Assembly (NCBI GenBank): GCA_963848345.1
Contig: CAWKDF010000001.1
Location: 306,559 to 370,558 of the forward strand
Reading direction: 5' to 3'
DNA length: 64,000 nt
Source: an uncultured Acidimicrobiaceae bacterium
GTDB taxonomy: Bacteria > Actinomycetota > Acidimicrobiia > Acidimicrobiales > RAAP-2
Positions 58,060 through 64,000 of this stretch are shown one piece after another. The stretch's first letter is position 1, and each line of letters opens with the position of its first letter. The position numbers and the translations under genes are program-made. The notes below the pieces were generated by a model. The model ran no database searches, was not told the DNA's origin, and saw only the letters and a program-made list of their open reading frames with translations.

Positions 58060-58934
58060 GCGCCCCCCGCGTTGCCGTCGTGGGTGACGTGATGCTCGAC
58101 ATCATTGTCCAACCGAACGGGGAGATCTCTCCCGACAGCGATACCCCTTCGCGTGTGCGTCTCGCTCGAGGTGGGGCCGGCGCCAATCTCGCCGTCGCGC
58201 TCGTCGCGAGTGGATGTGAAACGGTGTTCCTCGGTGCCGCAGGCGAGGACGTGGCGCGCCAGATCTTCCTCGACGCGCTTGACTCCTCGGGGGTCACGTC
58301 GCACCTGCAGCGCGTTGACGCCGAGACGGGCACGGTCGTTGCCCTGGTCGATGACACGGGGCAGCGTTCGATGCTGACCGACCGTGGAGCGAACTCCATG
58401 CTGAGCACGGCGTTCGTCCTCGATCAGCTGGCCGGGCTCTTCGATCACGTGCACGTCTCGGGCTATCTCGTGCTCGACCCCGCGACGAGAGACGTCGCTA
58501 CCGCAGCCTTACGCGACGCGCGAGCGCGCGGGCGATCGACCTCGATTGACGTCTGTTCGGTGGCGCCACTTCGAGCGATCTCTCGCGCCACCTTCATCGA
58601 GGCCGCGGCGCTCGCCGATCAGTTCTTCTCGAACGAAGACGAAGCCCTCAACCTCACCGCGAGCGAGGACGTGGAGATTGCACTCGAGCGCCTCGCGGCC
58701 ATGTTTCGTGAGGTCGTGGTCACGCGCGGCGCGTTGGGCGCGGTGGCCGACATCGCGGGGCGTCGCATTCACGCAGAAGCGCTTGCGACGACCGTGATCG
58801 ACACCACCGGAGCCGGGGACGCCGCCGCCGGCGCGTACCTGGGGGCGCGGTTGCAGGGCGCTGATCCTCGAACGGCTCTCGCCAACGCGATGGCGGCCTC
58901 TGCCCGGGTCGTATCGGGGCTCGGCGCCGGTTAG
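58056..58934 (+). CDS. PfkB family kinase (probable pseudouridine kinase)
   Basis: GGAGAN, N..EA, DTTGAGD; coupled to psuG. Confidence 0.85.
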   Translation: MSAPRVAVVGDVMLDIIVQPNGEISPDSDTPSRVRLARGGAGANLAVALVASGCETVFLGAAGEDVARQIFLDALDSSGVTSHLQRVDAETGTVVALVDDTGQRSMLTDRGANSMLSTAFVLDQLAGLFDHVHVSGYLVLDPATRDVATAALRDARARGRSTSIDVCSVAPLRAISRATFIEAAALADQFFSNEDEALNLTASEDVEIALERLAAMFREVVVTRGALGAVADIAGRRIHAEALATTVIDTTGAGDAAAGAYLGARLQGADPRTALANAMAASARVVSGLGAG

Positions 58935-60226
58935 CCCGGAATGTAGGGCTGTCCGTCCGCTGCGGGCGGGCGCACTCGACCGATCAGTCCGGCCACGACC
59001 GCGATCGTGATCAGGTAAGGGAACATCTGCAAGATGTAGATGGAGATGGGCACCTGGTAGGTCACCAGGTTGTAGGAGAGGTAGACCGAAAGGCCAAAGA
59101 TGACCGACGCCACCACGGCGCCCGAGGGTCGCCAGCGCCCGAAGATCATCGCGGCGAGCGCGATGTACCCGAGTCCAGAGGTGTAGCCCACCTGGAACTG
59201 GCCTTGGGTCGCCATGAAGGCGACCCCCCCGAGCCCGGCGATGGCGCCACCGAGCACCACGTTGGTGTAGCGCAGGCCGACCACGCGTATGCCCACGGTG
59301 GCGGCGGCATTCGGGTGCTCACCCACCGCGCGCACGTGCAACCCGTAGCGGGTCTTGAACAGCGCGAAGCTCACCACACCGAGGATCACCAGCATTGCGT
59401 ACCAGAATCCCGACTGATTGAAGAAGACCGGTCCGATAATGGGAATCTTGGACAAGATTGGAATCGCGAGGTTGGGCGCAGTATTGCCAAGGTTGAAGTT
59501 GGGGAACGGCGTGAGCACCTGCAAGTTGAGGTATGACGACAGACTGCTCAACATGGTGACGAGCACGATGCCCACGATGATCTGGTCCGCGTGATAGCGC
59601 AGCGAGAAGAACGCGAGCACGAGACCGATCAGCGCCCCGATAGCAATCCCGGCGATGGCCGCGTAGAAGAAGTTGCCGGTCGTCGAAGCGACCATGCTGC
59701 CGAGGAACGCGCCCCCGATGAACTGTCCCTCGATCGCGATGTTGACGACCCCGGCTCGCTCGCACATGACGCCCGACAGGGAGCCGAAGATGAGCACCAT
59801 GGTCGTGGCGGAGGCGCCCACCAGGATCGAGGTCACGTTGATGAAGTTGATGGGCGCGGGCCCGGTCGAGCGCGAAGCCCACACCAGCAAGGCGAAGAGA
59901 AAGAGGATCGCGACGATACCGAATCGTCCCATGACGAACCGCCGAGGTTCGCGCACGAAGACTTCGGCGCCTAAGGCGATCATGACGATCGCAACGACCA
60001 CGTTCGTCCAATGGGTCGGCACGGTGAGCGTGCCGAGGTGCCAAGGCGCGTTCGTCGTATTGAGCGGCGTGAAGGTCAGTTGAGAGTTGCCTTTCAGGTC
60101 CGTGCCGAAGCCGAACACGAAAAGGGTGAAGAGTCCGAGCGCCGCCATGATGACGGCGATGACCCGCGTGCGCCGATTCTTCGCCGCCGGTGTCGCGCTG
60201 GTCGGTGAGATCGTGGTGAGGCTCAC
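58931..60226 (-). CDS. nucleoside ABC transporter permease
   Basis: ERAGVVNIAIEG, RAVGEHP.AA, GYIALAAMIFGRW, PAADGQPY. Confidence 0.92.
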   Translation of the reverse strand: MSLTTISPTSATPAAKNRRTRVIAVIMAALGLFTLFVFGFGTDLKGNSQLTFTPLNTTNAPWHLGTLTVPTHWTNVVVAIVMIALGAEVFVREPRRFVMGRFGIVAILFLFALLVWASRSTGPAPINFINVTSILVGASATTMVLIFGSLSGVMCERAGVVNIAIEGQFIGGAFLGSMVASTTGNFFYAAIAGIAIGALIGLVLAFFSLRYHADQIIVGIVLVTMLSSLSSYLNLQVLTPFPNFNLGNTAPNLAIPILSKIPIIGPVFFNQSGFWYAMLVILGVVSFALFKTRYGLHVRAVGEHPNAAATVGIRVVGLRYTNVVLGGAIAGLGGVAFMATQGQFQVGYTSGLGYIALAAMIFGRWRPSGAVVASVIFGLSVYLSYNLVTYQVPISIYILQMFPYLITIAVVAGLIGRVRPPAADGQPYIPG

Positions 60227-61488
60227 GCGCCCCACCCGGTCGTCGCGAGTTGCACCGTTGCGGTGGGCGCCTGGCGCAGTCGGAAGATCTCCTTCACGAG
60301 CACCGGCGTGGCGACGAAGAGCACGATGGCCGACTGGATCACCGTGGCGAGATCGAGGGGGATGCCGGTCGAGGCTTGCATATTGCGCCCGCCGACGCTC
60401 AGGGCGGCGAAGAGCAGTGACGCCCACACGATGCCCATCGGACGGTTGCGTCCGAGAAGGGCCACCGTGATCGCGGTGAAGCCTATGCCGGCGTTGCCGA
60501 TCAAGAAGCCGCCATCGATGTAGTGGGTGGTGCTCGCGACCTGCACGAATCCGGCGAGCCCGGCGAGGCCTCCCGAGATGAGAAAGACCGTGACGATAAC
60601 GAATCGAGCGCTGATGCCTGAGGCGTGTGCCGCTGCCGGATTCGCCCCGGTGACGCGGAAATCGAAGCCCAGCGACGAGCGGTCGAGGAGCCACCACGCG
60701 AATACCACGACGAGCACCGCGACGAAGATGCCGTAGCTCACCCGTAGTCCCGATTTGGTGCCGAAGAGGGGAGCAAGAATCGCCGAGGGATACAGCGTTC
60801 GACCGATGTCGTTCTGCTGGCCGGGCTGCTGAAAGGGCGTCGAGAGCACGGCGAAGAGCAAGAACGCGTACGTGACGTAGTTGAACATCAGTGTGACGAT
60901 CACTTCGTGGGCACCGGTGAAGGCTTTCAAGAACCCCGGCACCGCCCCGCAGATCATGCCGCCCACGATGCCGCCCAGCAGCGAGAGCGGCACGTGGATG
61001 ACGGTGGGCATGTTGATCATGGAGCCCACGACCGCGCCGGCGATGCCGCCGATGACCGCCTGCCCATTCGCGCCGATGTTGAACAGACCCGCCTGAAAGG
61101 CAATGCCCACCCCGGTGCTGATGATAACGAGCGGGGTTGCGTAGGTGAAGGTTTCAGAGATCGGCGTGAGCGTGTTGGGCCAGCCCTTGCCCGTCGTGAG
61201 CGAGTGCCAGAAGCCCTGAGGGTCGACGATGGATCCGGTGAAGATCGACCGATACGCCGCACCGACATTGTCGAAGGTGACGTTGAGCGCATGGGGGATT
61301 CCGTTCCAGCTGTGAAAGATCGCTCGCCAGGCGTCGAGCACGACGGGCGTCGTCGTCGCAATGACGATGGCGCCAAAGACCAGTCCGAGCACGATGGCGA
61401 GCGCGGCGACCACGATGGGACTCGTCGAGCTGTAGCGCGCCCACAGCGAGGACTTGGCGTCGGATTGTGGCTCCGCCAGATCAGACAC
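60223..61488 (-). CDS. nucleoside ABC transporter permease
   Basis: GLFNIGANGQ, HEVIVTLMFN, GFTAITVALLGRN.P. Confidence 0.92.
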   Translation of the reverse strand: MSDLAEPQSDAKSSLWARYSSTSPIVVAALAIVLGLVFGAIVIATTTPVVLDAWRAIFHSWNGIPHALNVTFDNVGAAYRSIFTGSIVDPQGFWHSLTTGKGWPNTLTPISETFTYATPLVIISTGVGIAFQAGLFNIGANGQAVIGGIAGAVVGSMINMPTVIHVPLSLLGGIVGGMICGAVPGFLKAFTGAHEVIVTLMFNYVTYAFLLFAVLSTPFQQPGQQNDIGRTLYPSAILAPLFGTKSGLRVSYGIFVAVLVVVFAWWLLDRSSLGFDFRVTGANPAAAHASGISARFVIVTVFLISGGLAGLAGFVQVASTTHYIDGGFLIGNAGIGFTAITVALLGRNRPMGIVWASLLFAALSVGGRNMQASTGIPLDLATVIQSAIVLFVATPVLVKEIFRLRQAPTATVQLATTGWGA

Positions 61489-62995
61489 CGGCCTCCTCCA
61501 GTGACGTACCCGCCATCAGAAGGCCGATGGATTCGCGGCTGATCGTCGGCTCGACGACGCCGCAGATCTGCCCCTCGAACATGACCGCTATGCGGTCACC
61601 GAGCGCGTAGACCTCGTCAAGCTCGGAGCTGACGATCAGCGAGCCGCTTCCCCGGTTGCGGTAGTCCACGATCTGACGGTGCACGTATTCGATGGAACCT
61701 ACGTCAAGTCCGCGCGTGGGTTGGGAGGCGACCAGGAACTCGAGCGGCCGAGAGAGCTCGCGCGCGACGATCACCTTCTGTTGATTCCCGCCCGACAACG
61801 AGCTCACGGGCGCCTCAATGGACGTGGTTCGAATGTCGAAGTCGTGCACGAGTCGAACGGCATTCTCCTTCACCGCAGTGAGGTTTCTTGTTCCCCTTTT
61901 CGCGAAGGGCGCTCGTCGTGGGGTGTTCAGCACGAGGTTGTCGGCGACCGACATCGACAGTACGAGTCCGTCGCGCTGTCGGTCCTCGGGGATATGACCG
62001 AGACCCGCGTCGAGCGACTGGCGCGGTGTGAGATGGGTGATGTCCTTGCCGTGCAGGGTGATGGTGCCCGACTCAACGGGCCGCATGCCCACGAGCGCCT
62101 CGACCAATTCAGTTTGGCCGTTACCTTGGACGCCGGCGAGGGCTAACACCTCGCCCGCGCGCACGTCAAGGGAGACGCCCTTCACCGCGACGAGACCGCG
62201 ATCGTCGCGCACGACGAGGTCACGAACTTCGAGCACGTTATCGCCTGGGTCGTAGGGAGTCTTTTCCACGGTCAGGAGGACCTCGCGACCCACCATCATC
62301 GAGGCGAGCTCCGCTTCGCTGGCGCTCGGCTGCGCCGATCCGACTACGCGACCTTGCCGGATGACGGTGATCACGTCGGCGATCGCCTTCACTTCCTTCA
62401 ACTTGTGCGTAATGAAGAGGATCGACTTGCCTGCGGCAGCGAGCGATCGCATGATCTCCATGAGGGCGTCGATCTCTTGGGGGGTGAGGACGGCCGTCGG
62501 CTCGTCGAGAATGAGCAGCTCGGCGTCGTGACTGAGCGCTTTTAGGATCTCCACTCGTTGCTGGAGTCCCACGGGCAGGTTTTCGACGACTGCGTCAGGG
62601 TCGACGTCGAGCTTGAACTGGCGGGAGAGCTCGCGAATCTCTTGTGTGGCGCGTTTGTAGTCGATGCGATCAAAAGATTTGGTCGGCTCGAAACCGAGCA
62701 CGACGTTTTCTGCGACGGTAAAGACTGGCACCAACATGAAGTGCTGATGGACCATGCCGATGCCCCGACGAACCGCATCGCCCGAGTCCGAGATCCGAAC
62801 CACTTCTCCGTCGATGAGGATCTCGCCGTCATCGGGGTGGAGTAGCCCGAAGAGAACGTTCATAAGCGTCGACTTTCCGGCGCCGTTCTCTCCGAGCAGT
62901 GAATGAATTTGTCCCGGCTCGACCTTCAAGCTGATGTGGTCGTTCGCCGTCAGCGATCCAAAACGCTTGGTGATGTCGCGCAATTCAAGTTGCAT
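61481..62995 (-). CDS. ABC transporter ATP-binding protein (two-domain CUT2 type)
   Basis: GENGAGKST, LDEPT, LSGGNQQK, PTRGLD. Confidence 0.95.
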   Translation of the reverse strand: MQLELRDITKRFGSLTANDHISLKVEPGQIHSLLGENGAGKSTLMNVLFGLLHPDDGEILIDGEVVRISDSGDAVRRGIGMVHQHFMLVPVFTVAENVVLGFEPTKSFDRIDYKRATQEIRELSRQFKLDVDPDAVVENLPVGLQQRVEILKALSHDAELLILDEPTAVLTPQEIDALMEIMRSLAAAGKSILFITHKLKEVKAIADVITVIRQGRVVGSAQPSASEAELASMMVGREVLLTVEKTPYDPGDNVLEVRDLVVRDDRGLVAVKGVSLDVRAGEVLALAGVQGNGQTELVEALVGMRPVESGTITLHGKDITHLTPRQSLDAGLGHIPEDRQRDGLVLSMSVADNLVLNTPRRAPFAKRGTRNLTAVKENAVRLVHDFDIRTTSIEAPVSSLSGGNQQKVIVARELSRPLEFLVASQPTRGLDVGSIEYVHRQIVDYRNRGSGSLIVSSELDEVYALGDRIAVMFEGQICGVVEPTISRESIGLLMAGTSLEEAGV

Positions 62996-63009
62996 GAGGT
63001 CTCATCGTA

Positions 63010-63054
63010 TGTCACGACAAAGACCCGGGTTTGGCCCGGGTCTTTGTCGTGACA
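63010..63054. terminator. 20-bp perfect hairpin between BMP gene and ATPase gene
   Basis: TGTCACGACAAAGACCCGGG-TTTGG-CCCGGGTCTTTGTCGTGACA. Confidence 0.75.
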
Positions 63055-63075
63055 GAGCGCGGATGCGCTGCGACG

Positions 63076-64000
63076 TTATTTCGGCGTTGCCGGGTAGCTG
63101 TTCGGATTGACCGAGATCTTGCCCGCGATGATGCCCGCCTTTGCGCTGGCGATCTTCGCCTTCAGTGACGCCGGAATCATGACGCCGCCGTACTCCAGCT
63201 GCGTTCCGTTGTTGGCCAAGGTGCCAATGTACGAGCCAGCCTTGAAAGTGCCCTTCGCGGCTGAGAGGACTGCGGCCTCTACCGAGGGCTCAACGCCCTT
63301 GGCGACGGTGCCAACGAAGTACTTGCAGTCCGACGCGTCAGAGATGCATCCGTTGCTGTCGACCCACATCACGTACTTGCCAGAGCCTGCTGCTTGCACG
63401 GCCGCCACCGAACCGAGGCCCACCGAACCGGCGACGGGAAAGACGATGTCGGCGCCTTCGGAGAAGAACGTGGTCGTGTCGGTCTTGCCCGCAGTCTGGT
63501 CAGTGAAGTTCCCGATGAAGGTACCCGAACCCGCGCACTTGGCGAGCGAGCAGGCTCCCTTGCCCGGCGTCCAGCCAAGGACCTTCACCGACTTCTTGTA
63601 GGTCTTGTCGTAGTAGCGAACCCCCGCGACGTAGCCATTCATGTACAAGGTGACGGCGGGGAAGTTCTCACCGCCATAGGTTGCGACGGTGCCCGTCTTG
63701 GTCATGCCTGCGGCGAGAATCCCGCCGAGGAAGCCCGCCTGGTCCGTCTCGTACTGCAGCGCTAAGACGTGGGTTCCCGCCTTTACGACCGGCGCGTCGT
63801 CCACGATCGCGAACTTCTGCGTCGGGTGCGCGTTGGCCGCGGCCGCTGTGGCGGCGTCCATTAGGAATCCGACGGTGACGATGATCCCGCAACCCTTGGA
63901 GATGAAGCTGTTGATGTTGGGCGCGTAGTCAGAAGACGACGTTGACGACAGGTACTGGACAGAGATGTTGCTGTCCTGAGCCGCCGCGGCTTTGAGACCA
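63076..64000 (-). CDS. BMP family nucleoside ABC substrate-binding protein (5' end beyond window)
   Basis: IVTVGF, FAIVD, GADIVFPVAG..GLG, WVDS; frame open to the window edge. Confidence 0.9.
   Translation of the reverse strand, partial: GLKAAAAQDSNISVQYLSSTSSSDYAPNINSFISKGCGIIVTVGFLMDAATAAAANAHPTQKFAIVDDAPVVKAGTHVLALQYETDQAGFLGGILAAGMTKTGTVATYGGENFPAVTLYMNGYVAGVRYYDKTYKKSVKVLGWTPGKGACSLAKCAGSGTFIGNFTDQTAGKTDTTTFFSEGADIVFPVAGSVGLGSVAAVQAAGSGKYVMWVDSNGCISDASDCKYFVGTVAKGVEPSVEAAVLSAAKGTFKAGSYIGTLANNGTQLEYGGVMIPASLKAKIASAKAGIIAGKISVNPNSYPATPK

Overview
High-GC actinobacterial chromosome segment (gene content and order suggest Acidimicrobiia; inference). Left to right: degenerate PD-(D/E)XK-like gene with DNA-damage-type promoter motifs; a 33-aa membrane microprotein; two large secreted proteins (Thr-rich multidomain protein, S53 sedolisin); small sulfur-related genes and an orphan sulfate-binding protein; tRNA-Ser(GCT); rimO-pgsA-cinA; recA interrupted by an AT-richer LAGLIDADG intein that carries several single-base insertions; serB; a core MetE-like enzyme; a ferredoxin with two tandem P450s; an ~18 kb cluster (26.0-44.1 kb) combining hydroxyproline catabolism, a hydroxylysine kinase/phospho-lyase-like pair, three proline-specific peptidases, an orphan peptide-binding protein and duplicated GntR regulators with a shared operator (best candidate for an undescribed system: a collagen/Hyp-peptide utilisation regulon); bioY; rmlABC; and a large nucleoside catabolism/ABC uptake region with psuG-pfkB inserted in opposite orientation. 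Most operon-leading genes look leaderless (TANNNT-N6/7-start). No CRISPR, rRNA, transposase or integrase seen. Family assignments come from recognised motifs, not database searches, and some frameshifts may be sequencing errors.
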